Assembly (NCBI GenBank): GCA_017609985.1 | Contig: JAFCCW010000002.1 | Span: 590-64,589, forward strand | Origin: Candidatus Iainarchaeum sp. | GTDB taxonomy: Archaea; Iainarchaeota; Iainarchaeia; Iainarchaeales; JAFCCW01 | Direction of reading: 5' to 3' | Length of the DNA stretch: 64,000 bases | The notes under the pieces: model-generated | Database searches by the model: none | What the model saw: the letters and a program-made list of their open reading frames with translations, nothing else | Told to the model about the DNA's origin: nothing | Shown here: positions 24,632 through 35,000 of the stretch, piece by piece | How the letters are laid out: each line of letters opens with the position of its first letter | Numbering within the stretch: the first letter of the stretch is position 1 | Program-made: the position numbers and the translations under genes

Positions 24632-25048
24632 TCAGCCCCCTGGCCCCCTTCTCATTATCTGCGATTGCTTCATTCTTCTTGCAACATCCGCACCACTGTT
24701 AACTGGAGACTTCCATCTTGGAGAGTCGCCCCCACCTGGTTTTCCATGGATAATCTCTTCCGGTCCTTGTCCCCCCTGCGGCTGTCCGCTTGGCATAACA
24801 AAGAAGAAATCTATTAACACTCCGCTGACTCCAAACAATAGCAATAGGTATAATACAAACAAGCCCCCAAAAAATGCCCAAAATTCAAACAATATAAACC
24901 AGCCGACTCCAGCCATTGCAACAACTGCCATTGGACTTGTGCCCAGGTGATTTTTCATAAAAGAAGCAATTGTCAGAAAAGCAAAAATCTTTATTACTAT
25001 ATTTGCGTCTGCGAGGAGTTCTCCAATAAACAAAAGTGAGTAAATCAT
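24632..25048 (-). CDS. small polytopic membrane protein (~138 aa, 3-4 TM, G/P-rich basic tail)
   Basis: The ATG at 25048 lies 4 nt after the TGA of the 2329-aa gene; the track's TTG at 25060 would overlap that gene. The tail reads PSGQPQGGQGPEEIIHGKPGGGDSPRW. Confidence 0.6.
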   Translation of the reverse strand: MIYSLLFIGELLADANIVIKIFAFLTIASFMKNHLGTSPMAVVAMAGVGWFILFEFWAFFGGLFVLYLLLLFGVSGVLIDFFFVMPSGQPQGGQGPEEIIHGKPGGGDSPRWKSPVNSGADVARRMKQSQIMRRGPGG

Positions 25049-25052
25049 AGCT

Positions 25053-28000
25053 TCACCCAATACAGGTTTCTCCGCCTAAAAGCCCTTCTTCAAAAGCTTC
25101 AATGCTTGTGTTGTTTCCCTCTGCACTATACAGTGTTTCTGGATTCCACCAGAAAACAGTTCTTGTTCCAGAATTTGTAAGGCAAACCCGCTCTTCTTTC
25201 ACAAGACTGAAAACTCGGCTAATAGAATCAATGCTTGAACTCTTGCTGTTGTGAGCCATTCCACTAATTCCCTCTAATTCAATTGCTGGTGCTGCTGGCT
25301 CATCAGCTGTAATGAAAAGAGTTGAGTCACTCAAAGATTTAAGAGAATAATTTTTTCCAACAGGAGTAAAGAAAACTGTTTTAAGGAACACATTTCCTTC
25401 TTTCTCAGCATTGGCCCAGTCAAGAGCATAAGCTGTTTGCCAGTTTTGAAGCTGGTCTTCTGCTGTTGCTGCTCTGTCAGGAGTAAGGCTAAACACAGCA
25501 GAAGATGGCATTCCGCTGAAATCAAAGCAAAGCCCTGCCCCACTCCAAAAATTCATCATAGTTCCCTTGCTTTGTGGAACTCCTGCTTCAACAAGCTGAT
25601 AGAATGCAGAGAACGCTTGTTCTGTTTTTTCTCCTGAAATTTTTAACAAAACTGGAGTTGCCTTGTTTGGAGAAAACTTGATTCTTGGCGTGTCTGTTGA
25701 TGCACCGCCAGTTACTTCAAGAAGTTTTCCTCTTGAAGAAACCACTGAATTCATTGAAGAAATATCCTCTTCCAGGCTTGTTTCAACACTGAAAACAGGA
25801 TTGCTTCCTTGAATTTCTTCTGTTTCCACTAAGTCGTTAAGTGAAGCAATCTTGATTGGTTTTCCATCACCCTCATAATTTATTCCATAACCCTGTCTTC
25901 CGTTTCCTGATTCAACACCAACTCTTCCGTTGAATGGCAGATAATAAAACGGAGAATTGAATTCTGGGTTCCCAATCTTGTGCAATGCAATTTTTACATC
26001 AGCGTTTGGACTCCCTCCACTAACAAGCTGCCAATCTTCTCCAAACTCCCCTTCAATCGAAACCCGGTAAATTCCTGCACCAGGCAATGTTTTTCCCTGC
26101 CCTCCAAGTAATCCAAAACTAAGTCTTCCTTCACTGAAAAACTTGTCTATTGAATTTCCTGAAAAAAAGTCTGGTGTTCCAAGAAGCATATTGTCTTTGT
26201 AATAACTTGCAAAGTCTTGCTGGAAATCCATTGAATAACCATCTTTCATCAAAGCAGCATTAAATTTAAGCAGGCTTTCCAATGCTTCAATGTCTGGTAT
26301 TTCAGAAGTCCATTCAATTATTCCCGTGCTTCTTCTTTCCGCATCCTCTATAAAGTAAGCAATAGCTGGTCTTCCATCAATAAGCTTAGTTGAAAAAGGC
26401 ATCCAGCATTCTTCATCCTCCACAAATGGAGTAAGCACTGGTGTTGTAAACGGACTTGCACTATCAACTCCCTGAGCAGAAGCAATACTTATTCTCATAA
26501 CATAAAAGCTATTAATTTCAGGAATGCTTGGAAGAGAACAGCTTCCTGTTTTAGAGCTTCCATTAGCAATTGCTGAAACAACTGTACTGCATTTTTTCTG
26601 AGCAGAACTTAAATTAATGCCGTCAGGAGAACTGATTATTTCTGCTGTAACAGTCGCTGTTGCTGTTTCGCCTGACTTATTTTCAACTTCAAAGTTTACC
26701 TGTAGGTCTTGTCCAATAAAACCATGGCTTGCATTTTTCAGCCCGACTTTTCCTGGAGAAACATTTCTCTCCAAGTCATCTTCTGCATCTTCAAATTCCT
26801 GCCTTTGCGCGCTTCTAGGGCTTGCAGGACATTCAAGAGCAGTTGAATTTCTCTCAAGCCATTCATGCAGTGCATTAAGTCTGTAAGAAAGCATTATGCT
26901 AAACTGTGTCGCATCACAGTAAACAAAGTCTCCGTCTTCTGTTTCTTCACAAGAGCTTACTCCAATTCCGTTTCCGCCCCAGTTCCAATTATAGTTTACT
27001 TTTGGAAGAGCATTGCTTCCAGTAATTCCTACTGCTGTGTCTGAAACACATTTCTCTGCTCTCAGATAGCTGGGTGGGAGCTGAAACTCGTTTTGCTTTG
27101 TCACAAATTTCATGTGAATCTTTTCAGTATGCTGTTTTACTTCCTTGTCAGGCACGTTCATTTGCCCAAAATCGTTGTTGAGCAGATAACCGCCTGGAAT
27201 AACAGTAGGATCATCGTGGAAGTGTCTGTTTGCAGTAATTGTCATCACAGAATAGGAAGCTGCTTCCTCTTCAATTCCAGTATTCATAAAACTGATTATT
27301 GCTGTCTGATAATCCCATTTTCCAAAAACTGATGGCTGATAGTCTGTGCCGTTGTCCCAACCCCATTTAGCATTAATCTTGTTAATTCCTGTTTGAATGC
27401 TTTCAGCATCTTCAATCAAGTTAATTACTGTTGCCTGCATTGGCTCTGAATGGCGCTGGTCACAGGGGTCGTCTCCAAAACCAAACAAGCTAAGTAATAC
27501 CATGATTGCGCCGGCTATAATTCCAACAGGTCCCGCGATAAGAGCAGTCATTGTCTGATAGCCAAGTCCTGCCGCCATAATTTTTGAAGTAAAGTCTTCT
27601 CCGCTTCTGTTTGACATAGTCTGCCACTGGCAAACACTTGCATTAACCTGAACTTCTTCTGAAAGACCAGTGTTCTTTAGCATAACCTGTGATTCGCTTC
27701 CCTCTCCAATTAATTCAATCGGGCCATATCTGTCAAGCGAGAAAAACTTGCTTGCCACTGGCTCTACAATAACATCAACTGTTCCAATTTTTGCCCATCC
27801 TGTTCCTGGAGCTCTTGCGTGGACCGTGATTCCATATATTCCCGGAATGTGAAGTCTTTGCACTAGCACTTCTCTGCTTTGCTGTGTTAAAGTGAAATCT
27901 TTTGGAAGCAGGTTTACTCCTCCCTCGGTTCCGCCTGCACAATCTTTGTCGTCCTTGCAAAGTTTTATTGTTACTGGAATTGGACCACAGTCGCTTGTGT

Positions 28001-31000
28001 CAATTGAAAACTGGGTTGTTGTTCCTGCTGAAGAAATTGTTGGCATTTTCAGAGACTGGGTTGAGTCTTCTTCTGCAAGATAAACTGCTGCGTCTTCAAA
28101 GCTTACACAATTCTGCAATGAAACAACCTGAATATTTCCGTGAATTGCTTCCGGAGTGCTTGCTACTTCTCCAGTTCCTGCTCCAGACTTTAAGATTCCC
28201 GCAATCTTTACATCAAACTCTAAATTGGAAGTCTGTGCAGAAGAATGGGGTGTGACAGTCAATATTCCTTCAAGAGTTTCTCCGTAAGGAACTGATTCAA
28301 TCATTTGAGAATAAACAGGGCCAAGAGTTTGCTCTGCAGTAATTCCATCGTGAAGTGTGAGAGTTGCAGAAGCTGTTCTATCGCTTCCATCAGCCCACTC
28401 AATTTTTGCCTTTAATCCATCCAAGTCAATTTCTGTTCCATCAACAATGCAATGATTTGTAATCTGGAATCTGATTTGCTTGCTTCCGCTTAACAGGGAA
28501 TCATTCCAATTTGGCACACTGTTTCCAACAATTTCAAGGCATTCCTCGTCAGGCAAGCCACCAAGTGAAACATGCAGATTTATCGGAATTACAACATCCC
28601 AGGTTAGTCCAAGAGAATCACTTGCAAGTGACAGAACAGCAGTCCCATTCGAGGAAACATTCTCTGAGAGAAGCCTTGCCATATCCTCGTTAAGGATTGT
28701 TTTTAGCACAATTGTTTCTGTTTCACCTGCAGAAAGTGAAAGTCCCTCAAAAGAGTTAGTCCAGCCATTCATTCTTGGCAAGTCAAGAAACTCAGTCATT
28801 TCTCCACCAAAAGAAATTCCCTCAATTCTTAACCCAATGTCTGACTTGCTTGTAATTGAAATCTCATTGTCTTCCTCTGTTCTTGTAAGAGTGTTAAGGG
28901 AAGAAAAAATTTGCTCTGGATTAATTTCTATAAGATTCATATCAACAGCAATAGCAAGAGTTCCTCTGCCGTAATCTTTTTTCTTTGCTTCAAAGATAAA
29001 CACGCTTCCCGGAGACGAGCTTGGAAGTGAAAAGACAGCTTCTCCAAATTCGTCAGTTTCTGTCTCTGCTAACCGCTGTGAATTCCTGTAAGCATCAATT
29101 TTTGTTACTGAAACACTTGCTCCATCAACATATTCTTCGTCTTCGTTCTGCACAATAATTTTCAAATCAGTTTCAGTAAAAGCAGAAATACTTTTCGGCT
29201 CTGCTGAAATCTGGAGCAGGTTTTGGGAAGAAACCTCAAACCCTATTGCTTTTTTGAAAACCTCTGTGCTGTCAGCAATAAGGCTTAGCACAAGGTCTGA
29301 ATTCTTTAATTCAACTGGTTCAAAAAGAACTACTCCAGTGAAGCTCTTTTTCTTTTCAAAGCCTCCAACTTCAATATCCTCTACTTCAAATTCATTAATT
29401 TGGATTTCACTTTCTAATCCATCAGCATCAACAAGTTTCATCTTCTCCATTCTTAGAACATCGCCCTGCTCTCCTCCAATTCCCTTGTTTGAAATCCTGA
29501 ACTCAAAATCATTGTATCTTGTGTCTGAATTATTGAAAACAGAAAAAGAAATATTGTAGTCAGAGTTAACCATCAAAGAATAGGGTGAAGAAAGATATAG
29601 TTCTTCATCAAAACCATAAACACGTTCTCCAGAATAACAAAAATTGTTTTCATTGCATTCCTGTGCACTTCCCTCGCTTAATTCAAGATTAATTGTTTCA
29701 GCATAAAGTTCTCCCTTCTCGGGGGAAGAACGAAGCATTCCAATTACTGGGTCTTCCGGCATTCTGTAAAATAATTCTTCTTTTTCGCCCCATGCTCTGT
29801 AATGCACTGGGAAAAGAGAGTTTCTTGCAACATCCTGTTTTACTTTTACATCTATTTCAATATCAAAAGTTTTTTCTTCAATGTCATCTCCTTCAATCAC
29901 GATGTTAACCCATTTTCCAGCATCTCTCTCATCAACAAGATTTTTTACATCAATGCTCCAGCTGTTCGGTGCATTAAAGCTGACTCCCTTTACTACTGAA
30001 GATGACCCTGCTCTTACTCCTCGAATATACAAGAGATCGTCAAAATAAGCTGTCTCGTTTCCTGTTCTAAAATGCATTCCTGCACTCTCAACTCCTGAAT
30101 TTTTTGGAATTTTTAAGAAAAACCTGAGAGTTGTTTCCTTGTCAGCTTGAAGATGCTCTGTCTCAACTCCATTTTGGAAAGCTCCAATAAATTCTATTAC
30201 TGGATAGTCTCCCTCAATGATTGGTTCAAGAATTGCCTCAACTTTTAGTGTGTCACCACCCAAAAGCAAGAGTTTTGGAGACACATAGTCCATAAACTGG
30301 CTGTTGCTTACCACAAGATAGACATCTCTATCTGCCTTTAATTCAAAAGACTCAATTCCTTCCGGAGTCATCGGAATTTCTCTTAACAGTTCTCCGTCTG
30401 TTGCAATAATGCTGAGCAGACAGTCAGGTACATAAATCCCTTGCTGGTTCAGGGCGTGAACTTCAACAAGCGTGTTTCCAATCACAAGCAATATCTCAAA
30501 ACTGTTTTCCTCAATCTCCAAATCAACCTGCCTTGCGCTCTCCCTGTTTTCTCCGCTGACTCTTCCCTTTATTGCTTTTCCATAATAGCTTCCAGCTCCA
30601 ACATTCTCAAAGCTTGCGATTCCCTCTGAATCAGTTACAACATAGTCTCCTGAAGAAAAATGAACAAGAGAATCATTCTCTGCATTCATTAAGTAAACAC
30701 GAGCATTCTCTACGCTCAACCCTTCTTCGTCAAACACTGCAAACTGCACAGTAGTTGAAGTGCTTGGAGTTGCTTCCACTAGAAGTATCTGGATTTCTTC
30801 CTCTAAACTGAGAACCTCAATTTCCTGAGTAATATAACCATCCATTGAAACAGAAACAAACAGGTTCTGGTCCTCTTGAACAGCAGTCAAAGCAATAACT
30901 GCTTTTCCTTCTCCGTCAGTAAAAGTCTGTCCTGCTTCCTGTCCTCCGGAAAGTAGCACAATTCTTGAATTTGCAAGACCCTCTCCACTTTCTGAATCAA

Positions 31001-32042
31001 TAACTGTAAACGAAAGCTGTTGCTCGGCTTCTGAAACCACAGCAGTAATTCTTTTGTCCTTGCCTGCAGAAACAGTTATTTCTGTTCGCCCATCAGAACT
31101 GTATTCTGCTCCCTCGTCTGAAATAATCACGTCATAAATTCCTGGTTCAAGATTTCTGAAAACAGCCTGGGAACTATAACCTGAACTTTCCGAAATAACC
31201 AGACCTCCAAATCCATTCCATAACTCTACGTTAAAGGTTACTCCATATACTGCTTCCCCACTTTCGTCAACAATGTCAACAGTCAAAGAAGTTTTTTCTT
31301 CGTCTTCTTTTGGAGAAAGATTGATTATTTTGGACGAAGAATCAATAACAAAGCTCTCTGTTTTGAATCCCTTTGCACTAACTTCTGCTGAAAGAATCTC
31401 ACAGTTTATTGGGGGGAGAACAGTTAGTTCTCCGTTCATGGTAGAGTTAGTGTTTGGTGATGGGAAAACAACTGGATTGTCAATGCAGGTAAAATCAGCA
31501 TTAATTTCTTTTCCAGTCAGCGTGTTTCCTCCTGGAGACCGGAAATAAAGAGTTCTTGTTTTTGGAGTTACAATCAATTTTTTAAGGGAAATAACAATTG
31601 TTTCATTGCCCAGGATATCATATCCCTTTGAAAAAGCACTGTACTTCTCGCCCTCAACGATTAGTTCAGGAAGAGACAATTCAAGAAAGCTTTCAGGCAG
31701 AATTCCTTCAATTATTGTGCCTCCTTGTGCATCAGTTAACACTGTTCCCTCTACTCCATTAAGGGAATAGCTTATTTCAACATCTCTTAACTTTACTCCT
31801 GTTTCTGTTTCCAAAGAAATATTTGCAGAAAAACCAGCCTGCGTTGGAGCTGGAAGTGACAAGAAGATAATTATCAATAACAATAACAAAACAGCTGAAA
31901 ATAGGATAAAAGATGGAACAAATCTGTCAATCGGGTCAATGACCTTGTAAACAGGAATTGCTTCATTAATCTTGTCCAGTAACCCGTAGTACTTGTCTTC
32001 AAGAGACAGGTAAAGGTCTTTAATGTTTTCCAAAAAATTCAT
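25053..32042 (-). CDS. giant membrane-anchored surface protein, paralog GP2329
   Basis: Uninterrupted 2329-codon ORF in AT-rich DNA. N-terminus: LYLSLEDKYYGLLDKINEAIPVYKVIDPIDRFVPSFILF plus a TM helix. Many beta-sandwich repeats follow (e.g. FAVFDEEGLSVENARVYLMNAEND...TDSEGIASFENVGAGSYYGKA). The central hydrophobic segment is AGLGYQTMTALIAGPVGIIAGAIMVLLSLFGF. The C-terminal module has VYCDATQFSIML and SPFYYLPFNGRVGVESGNGRQGYGINY. Confidence 0.9.
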   Translation of the reverse strand: MNFLENIKDLYLSLEDKYYGLLDKINEAIPVYKVIDPIDRFVPSFILFSAVLLLLLIIIFLSLPAPTQAGFSANISLETETGVKLRDVEISYSLNGVEGTVLTDAQGGTIIEGILPESFLELSLPELIVEGEKYSAFSKGYDILGNETIVISLKKLIVTPKTRTLYFRSPGGNTLTGKEINADFTCIDNPVVFPSPNTNSTMNGELTVLPPINCEILSAEVSAKGFKTESFVIDSSSKIINLSPKEDEEKTSLTVDIVDESGEAVYGVTFNVELWNGFGGLVISESSGYSSQAVFRNLEPGIYDVIISDEGAEYSSDGRTEITVSAGKDKRITAVVSEAEQQLSFTVIDSESGEGLANSRIVLLSGGQEAGQTFTDGEGKAVIALTAVQEDQNLFVSVSMDGYITQEIEVLSLEEEIQILLVEATPSTSTTVQFAVFDEEGLSVENARVYLMNAENDSLVHFSSGDYVVTDSEGIASFENVGAGSYYGKAIKGRVSGENRESARQVDLEIEENSFEILLVIGNTLVEVHALNQQGIYVPDCLLSIIATDGELLREIPMTPEGIESFELKADRDVYLVVSNSQFMDYVSPKLLLLGGDTLKVEAILEPIIEGDYPVIEFIGAFQNGVETEHLQADKETTLRFFLKIPKNSGVESAGMHFRTGNETAYFDDLLYIRGVRAGSSSVVKGVSFNAPNSWSIDVKNLVDERDAGKWVNIVIEGDDIEEKTFDIEIDVKVKQDVARNSLFPVHYRAWGEKEELFYRMPEDPVIGMLRSSPEKGELYAETINLELSEGSAQECNENNFCYSGERVYGFDEELYLSSPYSLMVNSDYNISFSVFNNSDTRYNDFEFRISNKGIGGEQGDVLRMEKMKLVDADGLESEIQINEFEVEDIEVGGFEKKKSFTGVVLFEPVELKNSDLVLSLIADSTEVFKKAIGFEVSSQNLLQISAEPKSISAFTETDLKIIVQNEDEEYVDGASVSVTKIDAYRNSQRLAETETDEFGEAVFSLPSSSPGSVFIFEAKKKDYGRGTLAIAVDMNLIEINPEQIFSSLNTLTRTEEDNEISITSKSDIGLRIEGISFGGEMTEFLDLPRMNGWTNSFEGLSLSAGETETIVLKTILNEDMARLLSENVSSNGTAVLSLASDSLGLTWDVVIPINLHVSLGGLPDEECLEIVGNSVPNWNDSLLSGSKQIRFQITNHCIVDGTEIDLDGLKAKIEWADGSDRTASATLTLHDGITAEQTLGPVYSQMIESVPYGETLEGILTVTPHSSAQTSNLEFDVKIAGILKSGAGTGEVASTPEAIHGNIQVVSLQNCVSFEDAAVYLAEEDSTQSLKMPTISSAGTTTQFSIDTSDCGPIPVTIKLCKDDKDCAGGTEGGVNLLPKDFTLTQQSREVLVQRLHIPGIYGITVHARAPGTGWAKIGTVDVIVEPVASKFFSLDRYGPIELIGEGSESQVMLKNTGLSEEVQVNASVCQWQTMSNRSGEDFTSKIMAAGLGYQTMTALIAGPVGIIAGAIMVLLSLFGFGDDPCDQRHSEPMQATVINLIEDAESIQTGINKINAKWGWDNGTDYQPSVFGKWDYQTAIISFMNTGIEEEAASYSVMTITANRHFHDDPTVIPGGYLLNNDFGQMNVPDKEVKQHTEKIHMKFVTKQNEFQLPPSYLRAEKCVSDTAVGITGSNALPKVNYNWNWGGNGIGVSSCEETEDGDFVYCDATQFSIMLSYRLNALHEWLERNSTALECPASPRSAQRQEFEDAEDDLERNVSPGKVGLKNASHGFIGQDLQVNFEVENKSGETATATVTAEIISSPDGINLSSAQKKCSTVVSAIANGSSKTGSCSLPSIPEINSFYVMRISIASAQGVDSASPFTTPVLTPFVEDEECWMPFSTKLIDGRPAIAYFIEDAERRSTGIIEWTSEIPDIEALESLLKFNAALMKDGYSMDFQQDFASYYKDNMLLGTPDFFSGNSIDKFFSEGRLSFGLLGGQGKTLPGAGIYRVSIEGEFGEDWQLVSGGSPNADVKIALHKIGNPEFNSPFYYLPFNGRVGVESGNGRQGYGINYEGDGKPIKIASLNDLVETEEIQGSNPVFSVETSLEEDISSMNSVVSSRGKLLEVTGGASTDTPRIKFSPNKATPVLLKISGEKTEQAFSAFYQLVEAGVPQSKGTMMNFWSGAGLCFDFSGMPSSAVFSLTPDRAATAEDQLQNWQTAYALDWANAEKEGNVFLKTVFFTPVGKNYSLKSLSDSTLFITADEPAAPAIELEGISGMAHNSKSSSIDSISRVFSLVKEERVCLTNSGTRTVFWWNPETLYSAEGNNTSIEAFEEGLLGGETCIG

Positions 32043-32087
32043 TTTCTCGCCTAAACTATTAGGCTTTCTTATTTAAATAACTTAAGC

Positions 32088-35000
32088 CTATTTTCCAGTG
32101 ATGCAGTTGTTTAGAGCATTGTCTACATTGTCTTGCATTGATTCAAGAACTGGCTTTGGATTCCAAAAGAACATTGAGTGCATGCTGTTGTCATAACCGC
32201 TTACACAAACTTTTCCTTGTTTGACAAGTTCTAGAATGCGCTCGACATTTATTTCGTCTCCACCAGCATAATTGAAGGCTTGTCCTCTGACACCGTTCAA
32301 TAGGATGTTTTCTCCAACTGTTTCATCAGTAATCAGTGTCATTGAATCGCTTCCAGCAATTCTCTTCATTGAAGAGCTTTTTCCCTGTGGAGTAAACACA
32401 ACGCTTTCAACATAAATATTTCCGCTTCTCACTGGATTGCACCATTCAAGACCGAATGAAACAAGTGATGTTCCGCCAATCAAAGCACATTCTGCATCAA
32501 TTGCGTGCATGTCGTATCTGTCATCAAATGCATCAACTATTGGCTGGTCAAAGAAGTCTCTGCACTGTACTCCAACACCAGACCAAGGTAACAAGCCTCT
32601 TGAAGAGCCAGTCTGTGGTTCTCCTCCAACATCAATTGAATAAAATCCAAAAGCATCCTCTGCTTTTTCATGTTGAACATTCATCATCACTGGAGTTGCA
32701 TAGCTTGGACTCAGAGTCAACCTTGTTTCTGCAGCGCTTGTGTCAGTGATTAATCTTCTCACATCAAGCACAATTCCTCTCTTTTCATTGTTGAGCTTTG
32801 TGAAACTGTCTTCAAATCCTCCAAGCAGTTTTCCTGCAGCTGGATTGCTTCCAATAATTTCGCTTGTAATAACTCTCTGCATTGGATCACTGTTAATCTC
32901 AATTGGCTCTTGTGCTTCCTGCACATAATTAATTCCATATCTCTGCCTTCCATTATCTGAATCAATTCCAATTCTTCCATTGAATGGCAGATAATAAAAT
33001 GGAGAGTCTGGTTTTGGAGCCTTTTTTCTGAACAGGTTAACTGTTATCTTAGCCTGCATTTCCCCTCCGTTGAAGAGCTTCCAGTCGCTTACTCCCTCGT
33101 CAAATTCTATTTCAATTTTTGCCTCATAAACTCCTGCTTCTGCATAAGCTCCCTGGTTCACAAGAGGATAACTAAAAGAAAATCTGTTCTCTGAATCAAA
33201 GTATTTTCCAATTCCTTCTTCACCATCAGTATACCATGTTGGGGTGCCAAAGAATGAATTATTTATGCTGAACTCGTGGAAATCATGCCTTAAATCATCA
33301 GAATAACCATCTCTGACAAGCAATGCACTAAAACCATTTGCATAGGATAAGACCTGCTCTCTTGTTCCTGAAGGGAATGATACTCCTTCGTGCTCGCTTG
33401 CTTCTACAAAGTCCTGCAATCTGCTTAGCTTAAATGGCTCGCATTGAGTAATTCCGCTTGAACTAAAGTTTAGGTTGAGTGAAATTGAGTTATTCTCTGC
33501 CTCGTTGTCCTCACAATGCTCTTCGCTTGTGCAAGTTGACAAATTTGGAGTTGCTCTAGCGTTCAACACAAAATTTTCTGAGCCAGTTCCCTGTCTTTCC
33601 AGAACACATTCAACAGTCTTTGACTGTTTTGAAACTCTTTCAGCTGTTCCAGTGCAAGAATCAACAATGTTTCCGCTTGAGTTCTTGAGCTCCATTATGT
33701 ATCCAACATCAACCGAGCCCTGAATATTTGTTCCAATCGAAAGCACTGCCTTGACATTCTGTCCGTCCTTGCTCCAGGACATTCTAGTAATTCCAATATC
33801 CAGTTCGCTTTCGTGCAAGTCTTGGCTTTCCGAACTAAATTGTGCTCCAAGGCTTGGGCAGTAAAGTGAAGAACCATACTGATCAAGGAAATCCTTTACT
33901 TTCTTGAGTTTCTTCATTAAAGAAATACTGAACTGTGTTGCATCGCAATAAACATGGTCTTTGTTAAGCTCGTCGCATGCATCCTCTGGAATCTCTGACC
34001 AGTCCCATGCAAACACAATTTTTGGAGCAGCATCCTCTCCCGTGTTTCCAACAAGCTCTCCAAGCTGGCAGTTAATTCTTTCAACTGCTGGGCAAGGGAA
34101 CGTGTCCGGACCACATTCCTGTGCATGATATGAATTAAACTGGAGATTGAATTTTTCCTTGAAATCCTCTGTTTTGTCCTCGTCAATTGCAAGCTCTTTT
34201 GGAAGAGTTTTTCCATAACTTCTCTTGTAATCAAGTCTCTCTCCCGCTACTTTGAAAATTCTGAACAAAGGCTTTGAAGGATTGTCTTGAGTAATTCCTG
34301 TTTCGTTAATGAATGCAATTTCTCGGCTTCTCTCTTTCAGGCTCATATCTCCGCTTGCTTCCCCCCCAATTTGAATTCCAACATAGTTTTCCTTTGCTGC
34401 GCTAACAGAATACTGTTCGAGGTCTCGAACAGAGATATCCTCGTCTTCAACACTCTCCAAACCAGACTCTTTCAAAACAATCATTTCCTCGATTGAAAGA
34501 TCAGCTGCTTCAACAGGCCTTTCCATTGCAATAACTCCTTGTTTGCTGTAAGCATCAGTTGCATGATAGAGAACACCCCACAGTCCCCAAGTCCAAGGGT
34601 CTGGCTCGCCAAGGATAGTTGAACCCAATCCCATGAAAGCTCCGCCAAGTCCGCCGAGCAATCCTCCGCCGCTGCCTCCTCCGAGAATGCTGCCAGAGTC
34701 TCCTCCTCCGAAGAAGTTGAGATACGCTGTTGTTGGAATTTCGCCAAGAGCTTTTGCCTGAAGTGTGTTAACACATTTTTTTGTTGTATAATCACATTTT
34801 CCTGATTCACAATTATCATGATTGGCACAGGGTTCTCCAATTTTGGATTTTTCTTTTTCCAAAGGATTAGGCAATCCAACACCCGAGCTTGGTGCAACTT
34901 CTGCTCCTGCAACCGGTGTTCCTTCCATTCCAAGAAGTATGTTTTGAACTTCGTTTTCAAGATTGTTTATAAGTGTAAGTTGAGTTCCTTGAAGTTGTGC

